Source of the DNA: Frankiaceae bacterium | GTDB taxonomy: Bacteria; Actinomycetota; Actinomycetes; JADGOV01 | NCBI GenBank assembly: GCA_017882785.1 | Contig: JADGOV010000003.1 | Span: forward strand, 1,076-65,075 | Direction of reading: 5' to 3' | DNA: 64,000 nucleotides | Shown here: in pieces, positions 54,795-64,000 of the stretch | Layout of the letters: every line of letters starts with the position of its first letter | Numbering within the stretch: position 1 is the stretch's first letter | Made by a program: the position numbers and the translations under genes | Notes under the pieces: model-generated | The model's database searches: none | Told to the model about the DNA's origin: nothing | What the model saw: only the letters and a program-made list of their open reading frames with translations

Positions 54795-55741
54795 CGGTTG
54801 CCTCCGCCGAAGAAGATCAGCCAGCGACGAGCCGAGGTCGCCGTCCGGGTACCACGGGAGTAGCGCTTCTCCAGGAAGTACTGCCCCACCATCAGCACGC
54901 TGGTCATCGCCAGGTACCACAAGCAGGCGGCGACGAGCATCGGGAACGGCCGGAAGGTCCGGTTACCCACCGCCTGCAGCTGGAAGAACAGCTCGTTGGT
55001 CACCGGCACGAATGCCACCAACGAGGTGTCCTTCAGCATGGCGATGGTCTCGTTGCCGGTCGGCGGCACGATGACCCGCATTGCCTGCGGCAGGATGACC
55101 CGGCGCATGGTGAGCGGGCGACTCATGCCGAGTGCCTGCGCCGCCTCGTGTTGTCCAGGATCGATCGAGGAGATGCCGCCACGGACGATCTCGGCCATGT
55201 ACGCCGCCTCGGACAAGGCCAGACCCAGCAGGCCGGCCATGAACCCGGTGAGCAGGGTCCGGGAGTCGACGCCGAACAGCCGGCCGTTGATGTCGATGCC
55301 CAGCAGGTTGCCCAGTTGCCGGTCGAAAGGCAACCCGAACTCGAACCGCGTGTAGAGGATGCCCAGGTTGCCGAAGAGCACCAGCAGCACGACGCGTGGG
55401 ATCGCGCGGAAGAACCAGGTATACAACCACGCGGTCGTCGACAGGATCGGGTTGGGCGAGAGCCGCATCACGGCGACCACGATGCCCAGCGAGATGCCGA
55501 TGATCATTGACAGGATGGTGAGTACGAGCGACGTGCGGGCGCCGGCCAGCACCGGCGAGCTCAGCGCGTTCTCCCGCATGAAGCGCCACTGGAACGCGCC
55601 GTTCGTCACGAGCATGTGCACGAACATCGCGAGCAGCAGCAGCACGATCGCGGTTGCCACCCAGCGCCCGGGATGGCGAACCGGGACCGCCTTGATGGGG
55701 CTTGCCTGCTCCGAGGGGGCCTCGGTCGTCGTGCTCATCAA
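54791..55741 (-). CDS. Amino-acid ABC transporter permease (BPD_transp_1)
   Basis: Five or more TM helices and the EAA-like motif [23 protein letters not shown]. Confidence 0.85.
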   Translation of the reverse strand: MMSTTTEAPSEQASPIKAVPVRHPGRWVATAIVLLLLAMFVHMLVTNGAFQWRFMRENALSSPVLAGARTSLVLTILSMIIGISLGIVVAVMRLSPNPILSTTAWLYTWFFRAIPRVVLLVLFGNLGILYTRFEFGLPFDRQLGNLLGIDINGRLFGVDSRTLLTGFMAGLLGLALSEAAYMAEIVRGGISSIDPGQHEAAQALGMSRPLTMRRVILPQAMRVIVPPTGNETIAMLKDTSLVAFVPVTNELFFQLQAVGNRTFRPFPMLVAACLWYLAMTSVLMVGQYFLEKRYSRGTRTATSARRWLIFFGGGNR

Positions 55742-55744
55742 GGG

Positions 55745-56668
55745 TCAGGGGTTGACGGCGGGATTGGTGATCGCGCCCTGCTCGACACCCCACTTCTGCA
55801 GCACCTTCTTGTAGGTGCCGTCTGCGATCAATGCCTTCACCCCGCCGGCAATCGCCTGGGCGAACGCCGTCTGGTCCTTGGGCACGACGTAACCATACGG
55901 CGCCGCCTCGTAGATGGCCCCGAGCGTCTCCAGCGAGCCGCCGGTCTGCTTGACCGCGTAGGCGACCACGGGGGAGTCGGCCACCATGGCGTCGTCCTTG
56001 CCGGAGGCCAGGGCTGCGGTGGCCGCGTCCTGACCCTGGTACTGGTCGATGGTGATCGCCGGCTTGCCGGCGGCGGTGCACTTCTTCGAACGGGCGGTGA
56101 TGTCGTCGACCTGGACCGTCCCCTTCTGCACGGCGATCCGCTTGCCGCAGGCGTTGTTGATGTCGATCTTGTCAGGGTTCCCCTTCTTGGTTCCCCACTG
56201 GGTGCCGGCGCTGTAGTAGCTCACCATGTTGACCTGCTTCTTGCGCTCGGGGTTGATGGTGAACGACGAAACGCCCGTCTGGTACTTGCCGGACGTCACT
56301 CCGGTAATGATCGAGGCGAAGGGCGCCGGCTGATACTTCGTCTTGAGTCCGAGCTTGGCGGCGACCGCGTTGAAAAGGTCGACGTCGAAGCCGATCACTG
56401 TCTTGCCGTCCTTGTCGAGGAACTCACTCGGCGCGTACGTGGCGTCCGTACCGACCAGCACCGTTCCCTTGGACTTGATCGCGGCCGGCACCTGCGCCGC
56501 CAGCGCCGCGTCGACCGTCGGCGTGGAGATCGTCGACGGGGCGGCCTTCGGCGTGCTCGTCGTCGAGTCTTTGGAACTGCTGCCACAGCCGGCCAGCAGC
56601 ACCGCCGCGCTCAGCGCGGCCGTGGCCCCGACGGCGTGCCGGGTGCGGGCCCGCCGTCGAGCGGTCAT
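55745..56668 (-). CDS. Amino-acid ABC transporter substrate-binding lipoprotein (SBP_bac_3)
   Basis: Lipobox LLAGCGSS after a signal peptide. The start was trimmed to ATG 56668; a type-3 periplasmic binding fold follows. Confidence 0.8.
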   Translation of the reverse strand: MTARRRARTRHAVGATAALSAAVLLAGCGSSSKDSTTSTPKAAPSTISTPTVDAALAAQVPAAIKSKGTVLVGTDATYAPSEFLDKDGKTVIGFDVDLFNAVAAKLGLKTKYQPAPFASIITGVTSGKYQTGVSSFTINPERKKQVNMVSYYSAGTQWGTKKGNPDKIDINNACGKRIAVQKGTVQVDDITARSKKCTAAGKPAITIDQYQGQDAATAALASGKDDAMVADSPVVAYAVKQTGGSLETLGAIYEAAPYGYVVPKDQTAFAQAIAGGVKALIADGTYKKVLQKWGVEQGAITNPAVNP

Positions 56669-56831
56669 GGTTCTGGGCGGGGAAGGGCGGAGCGTGGTGT
56701 TGGGGGACACGGCATACCTCCTGGTGCGGACGCGACGTGGATCACTATGCCAGGCTTCCATGCCCGTGTTGGTAACGATGTCCTGTTCGGGCGCGGCGTC
56801 CCCCGGCCGGGCCAACGCTAGGGTTTCCGGC

Positions 56832-57794
56832 ATGCTCGCCGTCACCGCCACCCGCATCGTGCCTGAGGACCCGCTGGCCGGCCTGGAGGTCGGCGACCGG
56901 CCCGAGCCCACCGCGCCGCACGGGTGGGCCACGGTCGCCGTGAAGGCGACGGCGCTGAACCATCACGACCTGTGGACGTTGCGCGGCGTCGGCATTTCCG
57001 AGGGGCAGTTGCCGATGGTGCTCGGCTGTGACGCCGCGGGAGTGGACGAGGAGGGCAACGAGGTCGTCGTGCACGCCGTGATCGCCGACCCCTCGGTGGG
57101 CGACGAGACGCTGGACCCTGGCCGCTCGCTGCTGTCGGAGAAGTACGACGGCACCTTCGCCGAGCGGGTGTGTGTGCCGCGACGCAACCTGGTACCCAAG
57201 CCAGCCTCGCTGTCCTTCGCCGAGGCCGCCTGTCTCCCCACCGCCTGGCTGACCGCATACCGCATGCTGTTCACCCGATGTGCCCTGCAGCCCGGCCAGA
57301 TCGTGCTCATCCAGGGCGCCGGCGGCGGAGTGGCCAGCGCGGCGATCGCGCTCGGCCGGGCGGCCGGCTTCGTGGTCTGGGCGACCAGCCGGGACGAGGG
57401 CAAGCGGCAGCGGGCGCTGGCGGCGGGCGCTCATGCCGTCTTCCCCACCGGTGCCCGGCTGCCGAGCCGGGTCGACGCCGTGCTCGAGACCGTCGGCGAG
57501 GCCACCTGGGACCACTCGATCAAGTCGTTGCGTCCCGGCGGCACCGTCGTCGTCTCCGGTGCGACCAGCGGTTTCAACCCTCCGGCGCTGCTCAACCGGG
57601 TGTTCTTCCTCCAACTGACGGTGACCGGCTCGACGATGGGCACGCGGCGGGAGTTGGAGCAGTTGCTGTCCTTCCTCGATGCCACCGGCATCCGGCCGAC
57701 CATCGACGCCGTGCTGCCCCTGGACCGGGCCCGGGACGGTTTGGCCAAGATGGCCGAAGGCGACCTCTTCGGCAAGATCGTCTTTACCGTGTGA
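56832..57794 (+). CDS. Zn-dependent alcohol dehydrogenase / quinone oxidoreductase family (MDR superfamily)
   Basis: ALNHHDLW...GAGGGVASAAIALGRAAG is a Rossmann motif. Start at ATG 56832; the ORF-track N-extension is out of context. Confidence 0.8.
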   Translation: MLAVTATRIVPEDPLAGLEVGDRPEPTAPHGWATVAVKATALNHHDLWTLRGVGISEGQLPMVLGCDAAGVDEEGNEVVVHAVIADPSVGDETLDPGRSLLSEKYDGTFAERVCVPRRNLVPKPASLSFAEAACLPTAWLTAYRMLFTRCALQPGQIVLIQGAGGGVASAAIALGRAAGFVVWATSRDEGKRQRALAAGAHAVFPTGARLPSRVDAVLETVGEATWDHSIKSLRPGGTVVVSGATSGFNPPALLNRVFFLQLTVTGSTMGTRRELEQLLSFLDATGIRPTIDAVLPLDRARDGLAKMAEGDLFGKIVFTV

Positions 57795-58942
57795 GGATCG
57801 CGGTCGCGGCCGGCCCATGGCCGGGGCACGCCTTCCCGGCGGCTGCGTTGGCCCTTGCGCTGCGCCGGCGCGGCCATGAGGTCATGGTGCTGACCGGTGG
57901 TGGCTGGCTGCCGGCGCTGCGCCGCGACGGCCTGGGCGCGGAGCAGCTGCCCACCGGACCGCCCGACCCACGGGATGACGACTTCGGCTTCCGGCTGCAC
58001 GGCCGCGGCGCGTTGCAGGCCCCGCTCATCGCCGGGGTGCTCACCGACTGGTCGGCGGACGCGGTGGTCGTCGACACCCTGACCGCGGGCGCCGGCTACG
58101 CCGCCGACCTGGTCGGTGTGCCCTGGGTGGAGCTCGTGCCCCATCCGCTGCAGGACCCGTCCCGGGCGCTGCCCGCTCCCGGCTCGGCGTTGCCGCCGGC
58201 TCGGGGCCGACCCGGGCGGGCCCGGGACGCTGTGCTCCGCAGGCTGACCGACCGGGGCCTCGCCGCGGGGTTGGCGCAACGCCGGGCGGCCCGCTGCTCC
58301 CTGGGGCTGCCGGCCGACGGCTCTCCCGCCCGCCGACTCATCGCCACCCTGCCCGGGCTCGAGTTGCCCCGGCCGGACTGGCCGCCGGACGCGGTCGTCG
58401 TCGGCCCGCTGGAATGGGACCCCGCAACCGACGACCTCGCCCCGCCGGCCGGCGACGGGCCGCTGGTCTTCCTGTCCTCCTCCACGGTGCACGGAGCCAC
58501 CGAGCTGCTGGCGCTGGCGCTGCCGGCGCTCGCCGGCCTCGGAGTGCGGCTGGCGTGTACCCGGTTCGAGGCCTTCGGCCGGGCGCTACCCCCCTGGGCG
58601 GTCGCCGGGCCGGGGCGGCAGGGACCGCTCCTCGACGCCGCCGCCGTCGTCGTGGGCGGGGCCGGGCACGGCATCGTCGCGAAGGCATTGGTGCGCGGAC
58701 TGCCGCTGGTCTGTGTGCCCGGCGGTGGGGAGCAGCGGGACAACGCCGCCCGGGTCCGCCGCGCCGGCGCCGGGCTGGAGATCCGGCCGCGTCGGCTGAC
58801 GGCGACGACGCTGCGCGACGCGGCCCGTCGGGTGCTGAGCGACCCGGCGTTCGCCGCCGGGGCGCAACGAATAGCAGCCACCGCGGCGGGACTCGGGCCG
58901 TCCTATGCTGCCGCCGCGGCCGAGGAGGCGCTCAACAGCTGA
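57791..58942 (+). CDS. Glycosyltransferase family 1 (UDP-glycosyltransferase / MGT macrolide-GT-like)
   Basis: C-terminal GGAGHGIVAKALVRGLPLVCVPGGGEQRDNAARV is a PSPG-like nucleotide-sugar binding box. The GTG start overlaps the upstream stop. Confidence 0.7.
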   Translation: MRIAVAAGPWPGHAFPAAALALALRRRGHEVMVLTGGGWLPALRRDGLGAEQLPTGPPDPRDDDFGFRLHGRGALQAPLIAGVLTDWSADAVVVDTLTAGAGYAADLVGVPWVELVPHPLQDPSRALPAPGSALPPARGRPGRARDAVLRRLTDRGLAAGLAQRRAARCSLGLPADGSPARRLIATLPGLELPRPDWPPDAVVVGPLEWDPATDDLAPPAGDGPLVFLSSSTVHGATELLALALPALAGLGVRLACTRFEAFGRALPPWAVAGPGRQGPLLDAAAVVVGGAGHGIVAKALVRGLPLVCVPGGGEQRDNAARVRRAGAGLEIRPRRLTATTLRDAARRVLSDPAFAAGAQRIAATAAGLGPSYAAAAAEEALNS

Positions 58943-58945
58943 GCG

Positions 58946-59686
58946 TCACGCAAGCAGATGGCGCAGGTAACGCTGCGGCGCCGGCAGAAAATCTCGCCAG
59001 TCCTGCACCAGCTCCGCCTCGTCGTAGTCGGCGACGCGCAGTCCCCAGTCCCCGAGCTCGACGATCGTGGCGCCGGGTAGGGCGAGCAGCAGTGGCGAGT
59101 GGGTGGCCACGAGCGCCTGTGAGCCTTCGCTGCGCAGCACGTCGAGCAGGGCGACCAACGCCAGGCATGACCGGAAGGACAACGCCGCCTCCGGCTCGTC
59201 GAAGACGTAGAAGCCCCGCTCGGCGGCCCGGGCGCGGAGCACGGCGAGAAAGGACTCACCGTGGGAGAAGGTGTGCAGCGGGGAGCCGCCGTAGGCCCGC
59301 AGACTGCCCTCGCTGATGCCGGCGAAGTACTCGTGCATCGCCTCGGCCCGCAGGAAGAAGCCGCCGGTTGGAGTCGGCCGGGGCGCGTCCAGGCGCAGGT
59401 GGCGGTGCAGGCTCGACACGTCAGCGGTCGGCTGCGGCCCCCAGTACGGTGCCGAGCCTCCGACCCGCGACTGCCAGGCGTGCGCGACAGCTTCAACGAG
59501 GGTCGACTTCCCCGAGCCGTTCTCACCGACGAGGAAGGTGACCCCGGCCGGCAGGTCCCAACCGTCGCGGGCCACCGCGGCGACCGCCGGCACCTGGAGA
59601 TACCAGGCGTCGCCGTCGTAACCCGGCCGCGACCGATCGAGGCTCACCCTTCGCAGCGGAGGCCCCTCCGACGGTGCGGAGCTCAC
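58946..59686 (-). CDS. AAA family ATPase (RecF/SMC-like ATP-binding protein)
   Basis: Walker A GENGSGKSTL and C-terminal Walker B/D-loop FVFDEPEAALS. Confidence 0.7.
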   Translation of the reverse strand: MSSAPSEGPPLRRVSLDRSRPGYDGDAWYLQVPAVAAVARDGWDLPAGVTFLVGENGSGKSTLVEAVAHAWQSRVGGSAPYWGPQPTADVSSLHRHLRLDAPRPTPTGGFFLRAEAMHEYFAGISEGSLRAYGGSPLHTFSHGESFLAVLRARAAERGFYVFDEPEAALSFRSCLALVALLDVLRSEGSQALVATHSPLLLALPGATIVELGDWGLRVADYDEAELVQDWRDFLPAPQRYLRHLLA

Positions 59687-59748
59687 TCCTCGTCGTCGTC
59701 GTCATCGAGCCGGGCGAGCCAGCCGGCGAGTCGGTCGGTGGCCACGCC

Positions 59749-62700
59749 TCAGCCGAAGACCTCATCGAGGATGGCCAGCTGCTCGGCGTCGTGCCGGTTG
59801 TGCGACCCTGCCGCCGGCGACGCGGACGCCGTCCGCGATATCCGCCGGAGTTCCCGGCCGTCGAGGTGCTCCGGAAGGTTCAGGGCGATGTACGGCCAGG
59901 CGCCCATGTTCGCCGGCTCCTCCTGGCACCAGACGACCTCGGCGTCGGGGTAGTCAGCGATCGATTCGACAATCTCGTCCACCGGCAGGGGGTAAAGCTG
60001 CTCGACCCGGACCAGCGCGGTGTCGGCGGCCTTGCGCTTGGTCCGGCCGGCGAGCAGGTCGTAGTAGACCTTGCCGGTGCAGAGCACGACCTGGCGGATC
60101 GCCGCGCCGGGCGAGGGGTCCGCGAGCACCGGCTGGAAGGTCCCGCTGGTGACGTCCGCGATCAAGGAGACGGCGGCCTTGAGCCGCAGGATGGACTTCG
60201 GCGTGAAGACCACGAGCGGCTTGCGGACCGCGGAGAGCGCCTGCCGACGGAGCAGGTGGAAGTAGTTCGCCGGTGTCGAGGGGTAGACCACCCGCATGTT
60301 GTTCTCCGCGCACAGCGCCAGGTAGCGCTCGATCCGAGCGGAGGAGTGGTCGGGCCCCTGACCCTCGTAACCGTGCGGGAGGAGCAGGGTGACCGAGGAC
60401 TTCTGACCCCACTTCGCTTCCCCAGGGGCGATGAACTCATCGACCACCGACTGTGCACCGTTGGCGAAGTCGCCGAACTGGGCCTCCCACATGACCAGCG
60501 CCTCGGGCCGGGCGACCGAGTACCCGTACTCGAACCCCATCGCCGCGAACTCCGAGAGCAGCGAGTCGTAGACGTAGAACGGGGCGGCCGGCGTGGCGTC
60601 GTCCTTGACCAGGTGCGCCAGCGGCGTGTACTCCTCGCCGGTCTTGCGGTTGACCAGCACGGCGTGTCGGTGACCGAAGGTGCCTCGGCGACTGTCCTGC
60701 CCCGCCAGGCGCACCGGCCGGCCGGCGAGCAGCAGCGAGCCGAACGCGAGCATTTCCCCCATCGCCCAGTCGATGCTGTCCTCGTCGGCTGTGACGGCGC
60801 GCCTGGCCAGCTGCGGCTGCAGCCTCTTGTGCACAGTGAAACCGTCCGGCAGCGACACCTGCGTCTCGGCGATCTTCTTGACCACTTCACGGGAGATCGA
60901 CGTATCGATCCGCCGGGCCGCGTCGTCCGGCTCCGGCGGGCCGGACGCAGCCCGCTTCGCCCCGTCCGGCGGCGCGCCGGCGGTGTCCCGCGTCTCGGCG
61001 AAGACCCGCTCCAGCTGGCTCTGATAGTCCCGCAGCGCCGACTCGGCCTCCTCCAGGCTGATGTCCCCTCGCCCGATCAGCGACTCGGTGTAGATCTTGC
61101 GGACGGAGCGCTTGGCGTCGATCAAGTCATACATGAGCGGTTGGGTGAACGACGGCTCGTCCACCTCGGAGTGCCCGCGGCGCCGGTAGCAGACCATGTC
61201 GATGACGACGTCCTTGCGGAACGCCTGCCGAAACTCATAGGCCAGGCGGGCGACCCGGACGCAGGCCTCTGGATCGTCCCCGTTGACGTGGAAGATCGGC
61301 GCCTGGATCATCCGTGCGCCGTCGGTGGCGTAGACGCTGGAGCGCGCCGATCCGGGCGAGGTGGTGAAACCGACCTGGTTGTTCACAACGATGTGCACGG
61401 TGCCACCTGTCCGGTAGCCACGCAGCTGGGAGAGGTTGAGCGTCTCCGCGACCACGCCCTGCCCAGCGAACGCGGCGTCGCCATGCATGACCAACGGCAG
61501 CACCGTGTAGCCCGACTCGCCACGGTCGATCATGTCCTGTTTAGCGCGGACCACACCCTCCAGGACGGGGTCCACCGCCTCGAGGTGGGAAGGGTTGGCG
61601 TTCAACGACACGGGCACCTGCTCGCCGTCGTAGGCGGTGTAGGTGCCGCTGTCGCCCAGGTGGTACTTGACGTCCCCGGAGCCGTGGGCCGTTCGCGGGT
61701 CGACGTTGCCCTCGAACTCCCGGAAGAGCTGGGCGTAGGATTTGCCGACGATGTTGGCCAGCACGTTGAGCCGACCCCGGTGCGGCATGCCAATGACAAC
61801 CTCGTCCATGTCGTCGTGTGCGGCTTCGGAGAGAATGGCGTCGATGAGCGGGATCAGGGTCTCCCCGCCTTCGAGGGAGAACCGTTTCTGTCCCACGTAC
61901 TTGGTCTGCAGGAAGGTCTCGAACGCCTCCGCCTGGTTGAGCTTGGCCAGGATGCGCAGCTGCTCGTCCCGTGCGGCCTTGGAGTGCGGCACCTCGACGT
62001 GGTTCTGGATCCACTCCCGCTGTTCCGGATCCTGGATGTGCATGAACTCCACCCCGAGGGTGCGGCAGTAGGAGTCCCGGAGCACGCCGAGGGTCTCCCG
62101 CAGCGTCATGATGGCCCGGCCGCCGAAGCCGCCCGTGGCGAACTCCCGGTCGAGGTCCCACAGTGTGAGGCCGTAGTTGACGATGTCGAGGTCGGGGTGG
62201 TGCCGCAGTTCGAACTCGAGCGGGTTGGTGTCCGCCATCAGGTGACCGCGAACCCGGTAGGCTCTGATGAGTTCCAGCACGTGCGCCGGCTTGCCGACCT
62301 CGTCGTCGTGGCTCGCGGGGATGTCGGTTTCCCAGCGCACCGGCTCGTACGGAATCCGCAGGCTGGCGAACACGGCGTCGAAGAAGCAGTCGGCGCCGAG
62401 CAGCAGGGCATGCATCCGGCGCAGGAAGTCGCCGGACTGAGCGCCCTGGATGATCCGGTGGTCGTAGGTGGAGGTGACGGTGAGGACCTTGCTGACGGCG
62501 AGCTTGGCCAGCGTCTCGCCGGCTGCCCCCTGGTATTCCGCCGGGTACTCCATCGCCCCGACGCCGATGATCGCGCCTTGCCCGGCCATCAGCCGCGGTA
62601 CCGAGTGCACGGTGCCGATGGTGCCTGGGTTGGTGAGGGTGATGCTCGTGCCTGCGTAGTCCTCGACGGTCAGCTTGTTCTGCCGCGCCTTGCGGACGAT

Positions 62701-63468
62701 GTCTTCATACGCCGCCCAGAACTTGGCGAAGTCCAGCGTCTCGGCGGCCTTGATGCACGGCACGACCAGGGTTCGACTGCCGTCGTCCTTCAGCAGGTCG
62801 ATGGCCAACCCGAGGTTGACGTGCTCGGGCGTGCTCGTCGCGGGTTTGCCGTCGACTTCGGCGTAGGCGGAATTCATCACCGGCATGGCGGCGAGAGCCT
62901 TGACCAGGGCAAAGCCGATGAGGTGCGTGTAGGACACCTTGCCGCCACGACCGCGCCGCAGCGCGTTGTTGATGATCGTGCGGTTGTCCACCAACAGCTT
63001 GGCCGGGATCGCCCGCACGCTGGTGGCCGTCGGCACCGACAGGCTCTGCTCCATGTTGGTTACGACCCGGGCCGCGACGCCGCGCAGTGGCACGGTCTTG
63101 GCGCCGTTGCTGCCGGCCGGACCCCCGCCTCCGGGCGGTGGCTGTTCCGGGGCTGCCGGGATGGCCGCCGATGGAGTGGGGGCGGCGGGGCCGGTGGGCG
63201 CGCTGGTGGCCGCGGGGCCGGGAACCGTCGGCGCCGGTCGTGGGGCCGCCGCTCCGACCGGTGCTGCCTGCCCATCCGCGGGGGTTGACGGAGCCGCCGG
63301 AGTTGCAGTCGCCACCACACCTTCCTCCGACCGGTAGTCGGTGAAGAAGTCCTCCCACGCCGGGTCCACCGATGTCGGGTCCTGGAGGTACTGCTGGTAG
63401 ATCTCCTGGACGAGCCATTCGTTGGGGCCGAAGTCGGTGAGGTCGCGAGCGTGGTGGTCGGCAGACAC
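59749..63468 (-). CDS. kgd: Multifunctional 2-oxoglutarate decarboxylase/dehydrogenase E1 with N-terminal E2-like segment (Kgd/SucA, actinobacterial type)
   Basis: 1239 aa. [31 protein letters not shown] is the Kgd N-terminus; a Pro/Ala linker, an E2 catalytic-like region and TPP-binding E1 domains follow. Confidence 0.9.
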   Translation of the reverse strand: MSADHHARDLTDFGPNEWLVQEIYQQYLQDPTSVDPAWEDFFTDYRSEEGVVATATPAAPSTPADGQAAPVGAAAPRPAPTVPGPAATSAPTGPAAPTPSAAIPAAPEQPPPGGGGPAGSNGAKTVPLRGVAARVVTNMEQSLSVPTATSVRAIPAKLLVDNRTIINNALRRGRGGKVSYTHLIGFALVKALAAMPVMNSAYAEVDGKPATSTPEHVNLGLAIDLLKDDGSRTLVVPCIKAAETLDFAKFWAAYEDIVRKARQNKLTVEDYAGTSITLTNPGTIGTVHSVPRLMAGQGAIIGVGAMEYPAEYQGAAGETLAKLAVSKVLTVTSTYDHRIIQGAQSGDFLRRMHALLLGADCFFDAVFASLRIPYEPVRWETDIPASHDDEVGKPAHVLELIRAYRVRGHLMADTNPLEFELRHHPDLDIVNYGLTLWDLDREFATGGFGGRAIMTLRETLGVLRDSYCRTLGVEFMHIQDPEQREWIQNHVEVPHSKAARDEQLRILAKLNQAEAFETFLQTKYVGQKRFSLEGGETLIPLIDAILSEAAHDDMDEVVIGMPHRGRLNVLANIVGKSYAQLFREFEGNVDPRTAHGSGDVKYHLGDSGTYTAYDGEQVPVSLNANPSHLEAVDPVLEGVVRAKQDMIDRGESGYTVLPLVMHGDAAFAGQGVVAETLNLSQLRGYRTGGTVHIVVNNQVGFTTSPGSARSSVYATDGARMIQAPIFHVNGDDPEACVRVARLAYEFRQAFRKDVVIDMVCYRRRGHSEVDEPSFTQPLMYDLIDAKRSVRKIYTESLIGRGDISLEEAESALRDYQSQLERVFAETRDTAGAPPDGAKRAASGPPEPDDAARRIDTSISREVVKKIAETQVSLPDGFTVHKRLQPQLARRAVTADEDSIDWAMGEMLAFGSLLLAGRPVRLAGQDSRRGTFGHRHAVLVNRKTGEEYTPLAHLVKDDATPAAPFYVYDSLLSEFAAMGFEYGYSVARPEALVMWEAQFGDFANGAQSVVDEFIAPGEAKWGQKSSVTLLLPHGYEGQGPDHSSARIERYLALCAENNMRVVYPSTPANYFHLLRRQALSAVRKPLVVFTPKSILRLKAAVSLIADVTSGTFQPVLADPSPGAAIRQVVLCTGKVYYDLLAGRTKRKAADTALVRVEQLYPLPVDEIVESIADYPDAEVVWCQEEPANMGAWPYIALNLPEHLDGRELRRISRTASASPAAGSHNRHDAEQLAILDEVFG

Positions 63469-63606
63469 GGAGCATCGCCTCTCGACGGCAGGCAGTTTCA
63501 GGACAGGCTATCGGTCGGGTGGCCCGGGGGACACCCGCCAGCGGCGGGTACGCCGCTCAGGGGCGGCCCGCGGCCCGACGCGGCAGGTCGTCGTACACGT
63601 CGTCCA

Positions 63607-64000
63607 TCACCGAGGCATCCGCCACGGTGATGGACACGAAGCTAGACCGGGCTCGCCGGTCCAACCGAAGCTGACTCCTGGGTTGTGCGCGTCGGTGCCG
63701 TCGGGGAGGAAGAAATGCGGGCTGCCGGTCGCCGCGTGCTGCTCCTGCCGCCGCTGGTCGATCACCTCAGCCCGCCCGGCCCCCCGGTGCAAGGCTGCCT
63801 CGAGGGCCGCTACATCGATGCCGTTGCAGTGCTCGGCCACGTCCGAGACCTCGGGGAGGAGCGAGATCGTGCGGCTCAGGGTGGGGTCGAGCGCGCCGAT
63901 GGCGGCGACCCGACGTCGATCGACCGCGTGGGCGTCGGGCGGCGATTGACCAGTTCCAGCGGCAAATGCTCGGTGGTCGCTGAGCACGGCCTCCTGCAGG
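63607..64000 (-). CDS. DsbA/FrnE-like thioredoxin-fold oxidoreductase, C-terminal part (5' end beyond the window edge)
   Basis: GSPHFFLPDGTDAHNPG resembles the DsbA-family cis-Pro/TPTFF region. The reading frame continues to the window edge. Confidence 0.35.
   Translation of the reverse strand, partial: LQEAVLSDHRAFAAGTGQSPPDAHAVDRRRVAAIGALDPTLSRTISLLPEVSDVAEHCNGIDVAALEAALHRGAGRAEVIDQRRQEQHAATGSPHFFLPDGTDAHNPGVSFGWTGEPGLASCPSPWRMPR

Noticed and set aside
56343-57794. 483-aa ORF, and similarly 57170-58942
   Set aside because: These are N-terminal extensions in frames that overlap the convergent SBP gene or the preceding gene. The true starts are 56832 and 57791.
59674-63288. 1204-aa ORF on the plus strand
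   Set aside because: Antisense to kgd with low-complexity Gly/Arg/Val composition; a GC-driven artefact.

Overview
This is a 64 kb segment of a high-GC (about 70%+) actinobacterial chromosome, densely coding on both strands with very short intergenic spacers. The gene order resembles conserved mycobacterial neighbourhoods: whiB1-pdtaS, sigF-usfX, purK-purE, and rmlD-LCP-TIGR03089 (Rv3266c-Rv3268-like).

Main contents, in order:
1. 1-3631: the distal end of a tad/Flp pilus locus (TadA C-terminus, TadB, TadC, a DUF4244 small protein, three TadE/TadG-like pseudopilin-type proteins).
2. 3725-8619: a sugar O-methyltransferase (TylF/MycF family), a GT4 glycosyltransferase and a GT2+TagF-domain (CDP-glycerol glycerophosphotransferase) fusion protein.
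3. 8797-12835: purK, purE, a CoA-binding protein, Ugd and a hotdog thioesterase.
4. 12964-21533: a cell-envelope block with two LCP (LytR-CpsA-Psr) ligases, a large polytopic membrane protein, a DUF2079 membrane protein, RmlA and a TIGR03089 protein.
5. 21570-32418: an apparent accessory wall-glycopolymer cluster. It holds a TagG/TagH-type ABC exporter, three GT2 and one GT4 glycosyltransferase, a fused nucleotidyltransferase/CDP-alcohol phosphotransferase, a second stand-alone nucleotidyltransferase, an AraM/EgsA-type sn-glycerol-1-phosphate dehydrogenase and a second CDP-alcohol phosphotransferase.
6. 32390-36238: acetoacetyl-CoA synthetase, RmlB, RmlD.
7. 36235-38613: a candidate three-gene unit made of a sucrase/ferredoxin-like protein, a JmjC/cupin-4 oxygenase with no canonical start codon, and a 71-aa Asp/Gly-repeat protein.
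8. 38980-47290: a TPP-dependent acetolactate-synthase-like enzyme and the biotin genes bioB, bioD, bioF, bioA, with a saccharopine-dehydrogenase-like gene and a polysaccharide deacetylase among them.
9. 47323-53989: pdtaS, whiB1, a DAG-kinase-like lipid kinase, sigF with its anti-sigma factor, a GNAT acetyltransferase, Ni-superoxide dismutase sodN with its maturation protease sodX, and RmlC.
10. 53997-64000: an amino-acid ABC transporter (ATPase, permease, binding lipoprotein), a Zn-ADH-type oxidoreductase, a GT1/MGT glycosyltransferase, an AAA ATPase, the 2-oxoglutarate decarboxylase/dehydrogenase Kgd and a partial DsbA-like gene.

No rRNA, tRNA, CRISPR array or mobile element was recognised. 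Several coding tandem repeats, a perfect 15-bp inverted repeat and frequent 4-nt GTGA/ATGA start-stop overlaps are noted.
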